NCBI GenBank assembly: GCA_019752595.1
Contig: JAIELV010000001.1
Span: forward strand, 312,486 to 376,485
Reading direction: 5' to 3'
Source of the DNA: Patescibacteria group bacterium
GTDB taxonomy: Bacteria > Patescibacteriota > Minisyncoccia > Phycocordibacterales > Phycocordibacteraceae
Length of the DNA stretch: 64,000 nucleotides
Shown: positions 36,474 through 46,285 of the stretch, in pieces
Layout of the letters: every line of letters begins with the position of its first letter
How positions within the stretch are numbered: position 1 is the stretch's first letter
Notes under the pieces: model-generated
The model's input: the letters and a program-made list of their open reading frames with translations, nothing else
Databases searched by the model: none
What the model was told of the DNA's origin: nothing
Position numbers and translations under genes: made by a program

Positions 36474-38785
36474 AGTTTTGCATTCTTTAGTCTCAATGAG
36501 TTAAGAACTACCGTGATACTTTCAAATGCCATGATTGACCCAGCGATAGCAGGGCTCAACATCCATCCAAACCATGGAAACAGGACACCTGCAGCAATCG
36601 GAATACCAACCGAATTGTAGCCGAAGGACCAAATCAGGTTTTGCCACACCGTTCTATTTGTTTTTTTGGCAAGGTTTACTGCTTCAGCCACTTTTCCGAT
36701 ATCCCCCTTCAAGAGCACGATGTCAGAGCTTTCAATCGCTATGTCAGACCCGTCGCTCATGGAAATTGCAACATCAGCCTGAGCAAGCGCGGGGGCGTCA
36801 TTGACTCCATCACCAATCATCGCAACTATAAGACCTTCTTTTTGCAAGGACGTGATTATGGCAAGTTTGTCTCCCGGCTGTACATCCGTAAATACTTCAC
36901 TAATACCAAGACTCTTCGCGACTGCTTCTCCGGTTTTTTTATGATCTCCAGTAGCCATGATTACCCGCAGTCCAAGTGACTTCAGTTTTGCAATTTCTTT
37001 ACCAGCAGTTTGCTTTATCGTGTCATGAATCTTTATGAGCGAGAGCACATTTTGTGAATCAGCAAGGTACAGTTCTCGTCCATCCGTAAAACGCATCTCA
37101 TCAAAATGACTTCTAATGACTTCAGAGGAACGGTTTAAAACTTCTCCGATGTAATCAATTGAGCCGAGATAATATTTATTCTCTCCGATGCGTGCGGAAA
37201 TGCCCTTACCGGGTATTTCTCGTATGTCTGACATAGAAAGTTCTTCAGCGTTTAACTCTTTGAGCCACCTCGCTACGCTTTCCGACACGGGGTGTTTGGA
37301 GGACTTGGTCATTGAATACGCAACGGATCTTTTGAAAGCTGTATCTGCGTCGTTGCACGTATGATTCTTATCCTCACAAAAGATGCCCTCAATAGAAAGT
37401 TTGTTTTCAGTAAGCGTGCCTGTCTTGTCAAAAACGATTGCTTGAACTTTTGAGAGTTTCTCAAGGCTCTCTGCGTTCTTTATGAGAATGCCGCGGCGCG
37501 CACCCACACCAACGCCGGTAATGATCGCTGTTGGGGTTGCAAGACCCAAGGCGCAAGGACACGCAACTACGAGAACTGCCATGGTAGTTGAGAGCGCGAA
37601 CGCAAAGGCTTGCGTAAGCCCCAAGGAGCCAGATGCGAATATAAGCCATGAGGCAAAGGTAACGACCGATACTCCAATCACGACATAGACGAATATCCCC
37701 GAAATCTTGTCGGCGGCGCGTTCTATAGGAGCCTTCGAGTTCTGCGCGTTTTCAACAATACTAATGATGTGGGCGAGCGCTGTGTCTTTGCTGTCTTTTT
37801 CTACACTGATTTTAATCAAACCCTGGAAATTTTGTGTTCCAGAAAATACCATATCCCCGACACCTTTATCGACGGGGATTGATTCTCCTGTTAAATTCGA
37901 CTCGTCAATACTCGAGCCTCCGGCCGTGATTCTCCCGTCAATCGGTATGCGCTCGTTCGGTTTCACAACAACAATATCGCCGACCCTTACCTCGCCGACG
38001 GGTATTTCAATTTCCTTACCATCTCGCTCCACCAATGCAAATTTGCTCGCCAGTTCTGCAAGTTTTGTCAGAGCTTCATTTGTTTTTCGTTTCGCTCGTT
38101 GCTCTAAAAATTGACCAAGTGCAATGAGGCCAATGACCACAATAACTACATCGTAATAATTTGAACTCACATCAATGAATGCCGAGAGTGGCTTTTCGAA
38201 TGCTGTTACCGCAAAGGAATACAGAAACGCCACAATGGTCGAAATACCGACAAGGGTATCCATGCTTGCAACGCCCGTTCTTAAAAAGACCCACGTCGCA
38301 CGGATGTACCTGCGTCCAATACCAAAAAGGACAATAGTGGCAAAAACCGGCATCAAATGGTGAGCAACCTCGTACAGCGTTTCCGACAGTGGAGGCACAA
38401 TGCCGCTACTTTGAAGTACATCCCAGAGCATCATTGCAAACGAGAAAACAACCATCGGAATGACAAACATTAATTCAAACGAGGTATTTTTTTCGCTCTC
38501 ACCAGTGCCTGTGCTCATATTCATGTGGTCGTGTTCCTTCTGTGGCATACCCATTTCAGCAGCCGTCTTCGGGACATCGACAAATGAATAGCCGAAAGGC
38601 ACTATCGTTGAATTCAGCGTTTCAACAGAGAGAGGTTCTTTTGAAAAATTTACCTTTACCTTTTCAGTAGAAAGATTCACCGAGACTGCGTCAACGCCGG
38701 AGACTTTGGAAACGGTATTTTGAATGAGAGACACGCAACTCGCGCAGTGCATTCCCTGAACTTTGTATACGCGTTCTGTTGCCAT
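36470..38785 (-). CDS. copA: Copper-translocating P1B-type ATPase
   Basis: GMHCASC, TGES, CPCALGLATP, DKTGTLT, HP, GDGVNDAP, YN...M. Confidence 0.95.
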   Translation of the reverse strand: MATERVYKVQGMHCASCVSLIQNTVSKVSGVDAVSVNLSTEKVKVNFSKEPLSVETLNSTIVPFGYSFVDVPKTAAEMGMPQKEHDHMNMSTGTGESEKNTSFELMFVIPMVVFSFAMMLWDVLQSSGIVPPLSETLYEVAHHLMPVFATIVLFGIGRRYIRATWVFLRTGVASMDTLVGISTIVAFLYSFAVTAFEKPLSAFIDVSSNYYDVVIVVIGLIALGQFLEQRAKRKTNEALTKLAELASKFALVERDGKEIEIPVGEVRVGDIVVVKPNERIPIDGRITAGGSSIDESNLTGESIPVDKGVGDMVFSGTQNFQGLIKISVEKDSKDTALAHIISIVENAQNSKAPIERAADKISGIFVYVVIGVSVVTFASWLIFASGSLGLTQAFAFALSTTMAVLVVACPCALGLATPTAIITGVGVGARRGILIKNAESLEKLSKVQAIVFDKTGTLTENKLSIEGIFCEDKNHTCNDADTAFKRSVAYSMTKSSKHPVSESVARWLKELNAEELSMSDIREIPGKGISARIGENKYYLGSIDYIGEVLNRSSEVIRSHFDEMRFTDGRELYLADSQNVLSLIKIHDTIKQTAGKEIAKLKSLGLRVIMATGDHKKTGEAVAKSLGISEVFTDVQPGDKLAIITSLQKEGLIVAMIGDGVNDAPALAQADVAISMSDGSDIAIESSDIVLLKGDIGKVAEAVNLAKKTNRTVWQNLIWSFGYNSVGIPIAAGVLFPWFGWMLSPAIAGSIMAFESITVVLNSLRLKNAKL

Positions 38786-38788
38786 GAA

Positions 38789-39064
38789 TTATTTTCGTTT
38801 TAGTTTATAGACTTTAAGGATTTCACTCTTCGCCTTTGCGGTTTCTCCGGAATGCATCTGATGATGCACGCAATGGTCGAGGTGATTTTCAAGGAGTATG
38901 TCCTCGACATTTGAGAGTCCCTGTTTGACTGCAGATGTTTGCGTAATCACGTCAATGCAATAGGTGTCGCTTTCAACCATTCTTTGCAGGCCACGTATTT
39001 GTCCTTCAATGAGTTTGAGTCGACGAATAACCTTTGCCTTGCCCTTGGCATCCATGTACTTCAT
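38789..39064 (-). CDS. csoR: CsoR/RcnR family metal-sensing repressor
   Basis: RLKLIEGQIRGLQRMVE..YCIDVITQ...HLDHC. Confidence 0.92.
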   Translation of the reverse strand: MKYMDAKGKAKVIRRLKLIEGQIRGLQRMVESDTYCIDVITQTSAVKQGLSNVEDILLENHLDHCVHHQMHSGETAKAKSEILKVYKLKRK

Positions 39065-39071
39065 ATGGATG

Positions 39072-39101
39072 TAGTATATACCCCCTAGGGGGTATATACT
39101 A
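39072..39101. promoter_or_regulatory. CsoR-type operator overlapping the -10 box
   Basis: Perfect 30-bp palindrome TAGTATATACCCCCTAGGGGGTATATACTA directly upstream of csoR; fits the ATACC..GGTAT G/C-tract operators of CsoR. Confidence 0.85.
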
Positions 39102-39130
39102 AAACACAGCATGAGAACCGCCTTGTCTTT

Positions 39131-39706
39131 TTATATTTCGTCCCTTCTTTTGAGCATCAGTGGCAATCCAACAACCACAAGAGCAAACGTCCCCCCTAAC
39201 AACCCGACCCAAAACTCCACGCCGAAAGTAAACTGCTCCTCGTCTGAACTCCGCAAAACATTGAGCTCAAATTCTGCTTCTCCTGCGTTAGTGGCCATCA
39301 ACTCGTTCTTACTCGCATCATTAAATCGCACACTTAACGTATAAGCACCTCCCTCAGGAAATACATACGCGAACCTATTCCCGCCAAATTCCTGCTTTGC
39401 AATAGGTCCCGCAAAAAGTGTCTCACCACTTTTATTTTCGTTCTTGAGTGTTATACGAACCCATATGTCGCTAAAATTAACCGACTTATTTCGTGCTTCG
39501 TCAGTAAAAAGATCCATAATAAATACCCCCATACGTCCGGCTTCAATATAGGCATCTCCATAATCCACGTCCACAATATGTCCTTCGGTTGTTGTGCTGG
39601 TAAACGTCATGCCTACTTCTCCGTGTGCGTACGCAACTCCCGGTGTCACACATAACACTGTTGTCAAAAATAAAATGAAAACTGACTTTCGTGTAAAGTT
39701 TTTCAT
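39131..39706 (-). CDS. Exported protein with C-terminal TM anchor
   Basis: Signal peptide AYA|HG giving a mature N-terminal His; C-terminal TM. Confidence 0.75.
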   Translation of the reverse strand: MKNFTRKSVFILFLTTVLCVTPGVAYAHGEVGMTFTSTTTEGHIVDVDYGDAYIEAGRMGVFIMDLFTDEARNKSVNFSDIWVRITLKNENKSGETLFAGPIAKQEFGGNRFAYVFPEGGAYTLSVRFNDASKNELMATNAGEAEFELNVLRSSDEEQFTFGVEFWVGLLGGTFALVVVGLPLMLKRRDEI

Positions 39707-39707
39707 A

Positions 39708-41129
39708 TTATCCGGCGGCTACAATAGGTTGTGCCATGATCCACAAACTTAAAACGCTGTAGAAAATCATAAGAATAAGCATCGGGTATTGACTGATAAG
39801 TGTTTTGCGACTGTCTTTGAAATACCGCTCCGCTAGTGCATGAGAGATAATAACTGCAATTACATGCCCTATAACAATAAGCCCCACCTGCACATTCCAT
39901 AGCATCTTGAGATTCAGCACGGTGTAGCTGATTTCATAATTCGCAGTGCCGAAAAGATTCCATCCTCTCCCGAAAGGGTCAGAGACAAGATACAGAATAC
40001 GTTGGCCTTCAACGACGAGAATGGAGAGGTAGTGCGCAATCTCGTAAGCGATGGATATTGGCAGAAGCGAGTAGATAAAGCGTCGAGCCACCTCCAGTGT
40101 TGCCGAACCGTCTGAAGAAATCCACTTGGTAAGAAAAGAAAAGATTGCGTAGACGGAAGCGAAAACAACAAAGAGTCCCGCAAGGCCAACTGTTCCTACA
40201 ATTGCCCACGGCAAGCCGAGGGCAAGCAAAGATGAAAATAGATTCTGAAAGAACGGAGTTCCCAGCATACCGTCGGCCGCGACACTTGAGAGCATGAGGA
40301 GCACAAAGGCCGTTTGCGATACATTCGCTTCACCTTGCAATAACCCCACTGCCGGTGGACGCAAATGGACTTCGATTTTTTCACCAACCTTTTTTGTTTC
40401 GGTTATTGAAAACCGTGAAAGAAAGGAAAAGAAAACCGAGAACGGATCACCGTGTTTAAGCCAGACTTCTTTCCCGAAGAATGCCATTCCTGTGAACGTA
40501 ACGACTGCGTACAAAAGTACGAGCATCGCAAGCGGTTGTGGTGTCGCTGAATCGAGGAAAACATTTTCAACCCAGCGAAACGCAAAGAAGAGAGCAAATG
40601 CAGGCCATACGCCCCAAGCGATTGGCCACGGGTGCTCATTAACAGTCACGCGCCCGCGTCTTAGTAGGGCTTCTACATACTCAAACAGCGTTCTGAAGGG
40701 ATTGATAACCCGCCATATATTTCCGACAGCAGCACTTGCGAACGGCACCCCGACCGCAAACAAAACCCACACGACTGTCGGTAGCATATTGAATGCCGGG
40801 TTCTGGTCGCCCCAAATACCGCTCGCCACAGCGGTGAACAGCACGAGAATGAAGAAGAGCTTTAGCGACTGGACCACCCACGACGACGAAAGTATTTTAA
40901 ACCAACCTCTGCGAGAAAGGCTGATATTGGGGTATTCATAAAGCGCCTTCGTAAATTTTTTAGGAACAACCGAGAGAAGAATAAACGAGAGCGCGACCAC
41001 CACACCTGCACCAAAAAGATACAAGTAGAGCGGGACAGGCAAGTCAATGCGCTGGCCAAATCCGTGCGCAAAGGCGAGCCCGGGAACGAGCGTAAAGACG
41101 AGGACAGCAAGTGTGAGGGCGCTTTTCAT
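39708..41129 (-). CDS. Polytopic membrane protein (family often annotated 'fenitrothion hydrolase'; probably metal-related)
   Basis: AFA|HGFGQRIDLPVP, NPFRTL, DPFSVF, AHY, SDPFGRGWNLFGTA, GHVIAV..SH, SQYPM. Confidence 0.75.
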   Translation of the reverse strand: MKSALTLAVLVFTLVPGLAFAHGFGQRIDLPVPLYLYLFGAGVVVALSFILLSVVPKKFTKALYEYPNISLSRRGWFKILSSSWVVQSLKLFFILVLFTAVASGIWGDQNPAFNMLPTVVWVLFAVGVPFASAAVGNIWRVINPFRTLFEYVEALLRRGRVTVNEHPWPIAWGVWPAFALFFAFRWVENVFLDSATPQPLAMLVLLYAVVTFTGMAFFGKEVWLKHGDPFSVFFSFLSRFSITETKKVGEKIEVHLRPPAVGLLQGEANVSQTAFVLLMLSSVAADGMLGTPFFQNLFSSLLALGLPWAIVGTVGLAGLFVVFASVYAIFSFLTKWISSDGSATLEVARRFIYSLLPISIAYEIAHYLSILVVEGQRILYLVSDPFGRGWNLFGTANYEISYTVLNLKMLWNVQVGLIVIGHVIAVIISHALAERYFKDSRKTLISQYPMLILMIFYSVLSLWIMAQPIVAAG

Positions 41130-41134
41130 ACTAG

Positions 41135-41581
41135 TTAACGCGGATTGACGACAAACGCGCCGATCACAATATCTTCTTCGGCTTCCGCCGCAGGCGTGTC
41201 CTCTGTTGTCTCAGTTGCCTCGTGTTCTTCGTCGGCACCTGCCGCTTTCGGGTGCAATTCAAAATTGTATCGTCCTGCCTTGTCTGCAGTAAACGAAAAC
41301 GACAGCTCTGTCCCTACTGTCATATCGTTCTCAATTTCATATCCCGATATGTGGAATTCTCCCGATTCGTCAGACATGACCCGTATGGTCACTTTCTCGC
41401 CTTCCGTAACTGTCACAATTTCAGGAGAGAGTTTACGATTCGTCACCTGAACGGTAAGTGTTTGCTCTTTTTGAGCTTGCACTTGTTGGGTTGGTGTTTG
41501 CTCTTTCGACCCGGAGGTCAGATATACAATTCCTCCAGCAAGAATAATCACACCGACGATTAACAAAATTATTTTCTGCAT
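41135..41581 (-). CDS. Cupredoxin-like membrane-anchored protein
   Basis: VTEGEKVTIRV.SD...FHISGY...FTADKAGRYNFELH. Confidence 0.75.
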   Translation of the reverse strand: MQKIILLIVGVIILAGGIVYLTSGSKEQTPTQQVQAQKEQTLTVQVTNRKLSPEIVTVTEGEKVTIRVMSDESGEFHISGYEIENDMTVGTELSFSFTADKAGRYNFELHPKAAGADEEHEATETTEDTPAAEAEEDIVIGAFVVNPR

Positions 41582-41613
41582 ATTTTATTATTATCTAATA
41601 ATCATTAGTAACG

Positions 41614-42153
41614 CTAACTCATCCCGCCAGGAACAGAACTGCAGGTTGCTCCTGGTTCGGGTGTCTGCGGTCCTTGGCGGAATTTATTTATGAAGAGATC
41701 AATGCGCGGGTCTTTTTCTGATTCTAGAAAAAGTTGGTTATTCCACGCAGTAAGCACGATGGGAGTATTTTGCTCGGCAAGCGGACTCAAGAAAGTGTAC
41801 CCACGTACTTTCTTCTTGAGCATCTCAATCTGCTCTGTCGAAAGTGTGGGTTGGTATGTAATCCACACTGCACCATGCTCAAGTGCATGTACCGCTTGTT
41901 CTTTAATTACCGGTTTGTCATATACGTTGCCATTGCACGCCACCCATACTTGCGCATGTTTACCACCTACTGGTGGATTTTCCGCATACGCAACTTCACC
42001 CTGTACATGTTCTCGTTCCGTTAGGGTGTATTGTTTGAGACCTTCTATAACTCCTGAGGTCTGCTCCTTTTTAAAGCCGTTCGACAACCATATCCCCCCG
42101 ACGAGCAATACGAATACCGCGATGATAGCGTAGGACGTTTTGATATTTTTCAT
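41614..42153 (-). CDS. DUF3105 family protein
   Basis: PPVGGKH, VHALEHGAVWITY, IVLTAW, GPQTPEPGATC. Confidence 0.88.
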   Translation of the reverse strand: MKNIKTSYAIIAVFVLLVGGIWLSNGFKKEQTSGVIEGLKQYTLTEREHVQGEVAYAENPPVGGKHAQVWVACNGNVYDKPVIKEQAVHALEHGAVWITYQPTLSTEQIEMLKKKVRGYTFLSPLAEQNTPIVLTAWNNQLFLESEKDPRIDLFINKFRQGPQTPEPGATCSSVPGGMS

Positions 42154-42683
42154 ATCGTTATTTCACATACTGTTTTACTAATTTGTTTTGACAAGAGATA
42201 CGTTGAATATCCCAAGAGAAGAACGCCTAAAATCCCGAATTCTTCACCTCCAAGTGGGAAGAGAGCGAGCGCGCTCGTCCCGAATACTGTTCCCGCAAGA
42301 GCGGTCAGTATCAATGAGCCACATGCCGCACATCCGATGCCGAGTGCTCCTGCCACTATTCCCGATGCGCTTATTGTCGCGCTTCCTGCAAACATCTGCC
42401 TTGCACGAATAAGCTCGATGATAAGCGCCACATTTATGCCCACGAGAATTGCTATTGCAATCGTATAGAGAGCCGAAAGCGGGGTGAAGTTCGTCGTGAT
42501 TGAGAGAAGTAGATTTGTAGGCAAAATGATTTTGTCTCCAAGCGATACTGCTGTATCCGTCCATACCGAGAGCAGGAGGCGCAGATTCGGAAGCCACAAC
42601 GCAAACGCAAATACAAGTACACTAACGCCAATCGAGATCAGCTTGGAGTGTGTCGATTTCAACGTGTTGAGGATGGCCTGCAT
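42150..42683 (-). CDS. Membrane protein with CxxC (GCAACGS)
   Basis: Four hydrophobic segments with a CxxC; adjacent to the DsbA-like gene. Confidence 0.75.
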   Translation of the reverse strand: MQAILNTLKSTHSKLISIGVSVLVFAFALWLPNLRLLLSVWTDTAVSLGDKIILPTNLLLSITTNFTPLSALYTIAIAILVGINVALIIELIRARQMFAGSATISASGIVAGALGIGCAACGSLILTALAGTVFGTSALALFPLGGEEFGILGVLLLGYSTYLLSKQISKTVCEITI

Positions 42684-42689
42684 AATCGG

Positions 42690-43409
42690 TTATTTCTCTT
42701 TCAGGGCAAGTTCAATGAGTTGCTTCACTGCCTCATACGGCTGAGCGCCGGATAACGGGTATTTCTTTCCATTCTTTGCAACTACAATGCTCCACGGCGT
42801 GCCGTTGCCGCCAGTTGCGACGGCATTCTGCACGTGTTCTTCAATTTTTTGAGCATATTTACCACTTGTCAGGCAGATGTTAAATTTATTTTCATCAAGT
42901 CCAACATACCCTGCAATTTTGGGAAGTTCTGCGGGGTCGAGGCCGTTGTTGGCAGGAGTGACTTCCATAAGGCGATCCAAATACGCCCAGAATTTGTCGT
43001 TGCCCCCTAACTCTGCAGCGCATTCTGTAGCTTCCGCTTCTTTCCGTGCCCTCGAGTGTAGTTGATCAAGAGGAAAATGCCGATAAACCCACGCTACTTT
43101 ATCGCTGTCGCCGTATTCGGTCATAATCTGTTGCATAGTGGAGTGGAATCGCTTGCAGAACGGACATTCGGTATCCGAGTATTCAACGATTTTCACTGCA
43201 GCATTCGCATCACCTCGAATATGGTCTTCCCTCCCAACTGATTTCATTGCTTCAAGGTTGCCTGTCGGTTGTTGTACATCTTGCGGCTGTGGCACCACTG
43301 CAGCCCCTGCTCCATTACCGCCAAAGTAGAGCGCGAGAGCAATGAAAGCTCCTGCAATGACAATCGCGATAGGTGTTGATAGATTGTTTTGTTTTGATTC
43401 AGTTTCCAT
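42690..43409 (-). CDS. DsbA/BdbD-family thiol-disulfide oxidoreductase
   Basis: EYSDTECPFCKRFH, YRHFPL, GTP, SGAQP. Confidence 0.92.
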   Translation of the reverse strand: METESKQNNLSTPIAIVIAGAFIALALYFGGNGAGAAVVPQPQDVQQPTGNLEAMKSVGREDHIRGDANAAVKIVEYSDTECPFCKRFHSTMQQIMTEYGDSDKVAWVYRHFPLDQLHSRARKEAEATECAAELGGNDKFWAYLDRLMEVTPANNGLDPAELPKIAGYVGLDENKFNICLTSGKYAQKIEEHVQNAVATGGNGTPWSIVVAKNGKKYPLSGAQPYEAVKQLIELALKEK

Positions 43410-43480
43410 GTAATGACACTTACCAATTAAAGTAATAAACACTGCACGACTGAGTCGTGCAGCCGTTAGGAAAGCCGCCG

Positions 43481-43903
43481 TTAGAAAACCTTTCGATTTA
43501 AAATACCATTTGAAAAAAGCTCTTGTAGCAGTGTGGGCGGCAGATAATTTTCTCTGCGTGCAACACAGAAGATAGGTACGAGTGTCCTCCTCGGCTTTGG
43601 CCACCGCGCTTTAGTTCGAATCAACACAAGTGCGAACATGGCCAAAAGTAACAAAATCAAGGCCAAACCATCCTGCTGAGACATAGTCGTAAACATGCTC
43701 TGCCAGGCGGCAATATGCTGCAGTGGGGTCATGTTGCACACGACAGTTTTGCTGGTCATAAAAAGACAAGGCGACATGGTCATATCTCCGTCCGGGCCCA
43801 TCGTCACACTCAAGTGTTGCACTCCAAAAAACCCGAGAATAAGAAAGGCTATGAAGCCTAGAACGAGAGCCGTTTTCGCAATTTTTGCAATCAGGACGAC
43901 CAT
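43481..43903 (-). CDS. Membrane protein with Met/Cys/His motif
   Basis: MSPCLFM...CNMTPLQHIAAWQ, LQELFSNGILN; first gene of the leftward cluster. Confidence 0.7.
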   Translation of the reverse strand: MVVLIAKIAKTALVLGFIAFLILGFFGVQHLSVTMGPDGDMTMSPCLFMTSKTVVCNMTPLQHIAAWQSMFTTMSQQDGLALILLLLAMFALVLIRTKARWPKPRRTLVPIFCVARRENYLPPTLLQELFSNGILNRKVF

Positions 43904-44048
43904 TTAGTTTATTATAGCTTGTTTCGGACTATAGAAAAAACTATACTTCAAACGAGGCCGACGACCGAAACGATGCTAAACCACAACATAAGGATTTTTA
44001 AATTCATAAATTCATCATATCAAAGCCACTTTTTGCACTCATTTTTTG

Positions 44049-44125
44049 CAATCACGCATGAATCTCTGCTGAGATTCTGCGCGACCCCGCCTCAGTCGCC
44101 TCCGCTCCTTCCGGCTTTCCGAAGC
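44049..44125 (-). ncRNA. Putative structured motif shared with the tRNA satellites
   Basis: GAAAGCCGGA and GAGGCGGGGTCG identical to the tRNA-Gln copy; GAATCTC-AGCA-GAGATTC hairpin. Confidence 0.55.
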
Positions 44126-44272
44126 TCCATGCATTCTCTTCGGAACCCCCGCGAAAAAAGAAAGGATGGGCAGGGCGAGGAAGCGCCGAGCGACTTTGTT
44201 TTGTTATGAGCAAAGCGAATTAAAAAACAAGAAGTGCCCTTTGTGGTGCGGAGCGAGGCGCGAATGGGCTTC

Positions 44273-44464
44273 CTAACAATTTTGCTTGAAATAGGTTCGG
44301 ACTTTTTCGTAAAGAAGCACCACAGGAAGACTTCCAAAATTTCGGGCTTCGCCCGTAGTTTGTGTGTGGAGATAAGACCAAGGAGTTAAGGCATTTCCGC
44401 GCGCAAGGCGCGCGGTGAGGGTGAGGTTGGAGCCGAAGATTTTCTGGAGGGAGGATTTTTGCAC
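44273..44464 (-). pseudogene. C-terminal remnant of a serine recombinase (inverted copy of the 3' end of 47092..48672)
   Basis: VQKSSLQKIFGSNL...GEARNFGSLPVV shared; 38-bp perfect inverted repeat 44317..44354 / 48573..48610. Confidence 0.85.
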
Positions 44465-44557
44465 TAATTAGTTAAGAGTGCTTGCCCCACCCACCCAGTG
44501 CGCGCACAACATCCCTTCGCTAAAAACTAAGTAATTAGCGAAGGCTCCCGATATATT

Positions 44558-45334
44558 TTATTCACCAAAATATCTACCACCGTTTATGTGGAATGTTTGC
44601 CCCGTTATAAAATCAGCACTTGAGGATGCAAGATAAGAAACAAGGCGTCCAACCTCTTCGGATTTACCAAACCTGCCTAACATTGTACGTGATTTCCTTG
44701 CTTCGTTTTCTTCATCAGAAGCTTCCCCAAGTAGCATATCTGTTTCGATATAGGCAGGAGCGACGGAGTTAACAAGTATTTTTGGCGCAAGCTCTGTTGC
44801 AAGTCCGCGCGTAACGCCTCCAAGAGCTGCTTTTGAAACTGCGTAAGAGAATATCTCACTTTCTTTCGTGTAGTTATGCGCACTTGCTGAAGAAACGAAT
44901 ATAACTTTTCCTTTCGGGGCACGTTCGAGTAATGGTAATACTTTTCGCGTTACCATAACGGCTCCTTTAAGATTTGTAGCAATATGGTCGTCAAAATTTT
45001 TCTCGGTCAATTTTCTGAATGGCTGTTTGACAAGTATGCCCGCATTATTGACCAAGACATCCACGCGCCCGTGACGTTCTTTGACAATGCGAACCATTCT
45101 TTCTATTGCGGCTCGTTTTGTAACATCAGCGCGAATAAAAAGTGCCGAAACACCGCACGTATCAGCTTCATCTTTGAGTCGATCAACCTCTTCCTTGGAG
45201 GTTTCCTTATAGTTAATTACTAAGTCGCATCCATCGCGAGCCAGACTTCTTGCGATTGCCTGACCTATACCCCGTGTACCGCCGGTAATTAGAGCGACTC
45301 GACGAGTTTTTTCCTTCTCTTGAGCGACTGCCAT
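44558..45334 (-). CDS. Short-chain dehydrogenase/reductase (FabG-like)
   Basis: TGGTRGIG, NNAG, YAVSK, NSVAP. Confidence 0.92.
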   Translation of the reverse strand: MAVAQEKEKTRRVALITGGTRGIGQAIARSLARDGCDLVINYKETSKEEVDRLKDEADTCGVSALFIRADVTKRAAIERMVRIVKERHGRVDVLVNNAGILVKQPFRKLTEKNFDDHIATNLKGAVMVTRKVLPLLERAPKGKVIFVSSASAHNYTKESEIFSYAVSKAALGGVTRGLATELAPKILVNSVAPAYIETDMLLGEASDEENEARKSRTMLGRFGKSEEVGRLVSYLASSSADFITGQTFHINGGRYFGE

Positions 45335-45344
45335 AAACAGGTAG

Positions 45345-46280
45345 TTAAGATACTATAGGTTCAATGTTTTGGTCAAATAGCTTCGAAGCTCGTGCGCAAT
45401 ACTCGGCAATATGTTCTTTGAAGTATGGCGGATGCTGCTTTTGAATCTCGCCAATCAGAAAGTAGCTGATTGCTACTAATAATCCGTACCCTGCATCATC
45501 AGGAAGAGGGATAGTGAGATTTCTATCAAGTGGGGCAACTGGTGTTGGTTTGCCAAAGGAAATGAAAAACTCAGTCGGACTTGGAACAACTGTGGTTGCG
45601 TGTTTGGCTTGCTCATGCGTATATGTACGCCCCGATACGCGCGATCCGAAAAGCTCATCAAACTTTGTTAGTAGCATCGGCGCAATGAGACGCAAAGAGG
45701 TGGGGATAGTAATAAAAAAAGCATCAAACTTTTCAAAATCTTTTCTTACTTTCGGGATAACCGCGTTTTCGATAAAAGTGCGGATTTGTAGGGGACTTTC
45801 TTGAGTAACCGAAAGAATAATCCCTAAATATGTGGATGTATTGTATGTGTACGGCTCTCGGTTTTTAGGAAGCAGGAATATATCTTTTTTCTCAACATAT
45901 TCTCCAGCAAGAGGGGCGGGGTTGTGGGTTACGAGTATTGTTCGTAGCTTAAGTTTTTGAAAATCTTGGGCAATTCGTACCGCATGTTTCCCGCCGGAAG
46001 CAGAAATTAAAAGCGCCAGAATAATGTCTGGGTTTTCGGATACGACTTTTTCATAGTCGCTTTCATCTGCACAAACTGCGTTTTTCAAATACGTTGCCAA
46101 GATTCTGCCTGTGGCAGCCGCATTTACGCTTCCAACAATCAGTATTTTGCCCGAGGAGAGTTGCGGCAACTTAGGGATTCCATCACGTTCAAAACGCTCA
46201 AGAGTGGCAAGAACGCACACGTCAAGGGTTGGTAGTGTGTCTAAGCCGAACGCTTCAAGAATTTGCAGATAAGATTGCAT
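45345..46280 (-). CDS. SIS-domain sugar isomerase-like protein
   Basis: VGSVNA, LISASGGKHA, REPYTYNTSTY, KFDELF, EQAKH; fold assignment by pattern only. Confidence 0.6.
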   Translation of the reverse strand: MQSYLQILEAFGLDTLPTLDVCVLATLERFERDGIPKLPQLSSGKILIVGSVNAAATGRILATYLKNAVCADESDYEKVVSENPDIILALLISASGGKHAVRIAQDFQKLKLRTILVTHNPAPLAGEYVEKKDIFLLPKNREPYTYNTSTYLGIILSVTQESPLQIRTFIENAVIPKVRKDFEKFDAFFITIPTSLRLIAPMLLTKFDELFGSRVSGRTYTHEQAKHATTVVPSPTEFFISFGKPTPVAPLDRNLTIPLPDDAGYGLLVAISYFLIGEIQKQHPPYFKEHIAEYCARASKLFDQNIEPIVS

Positions 46281-46285
46281 GAGAT

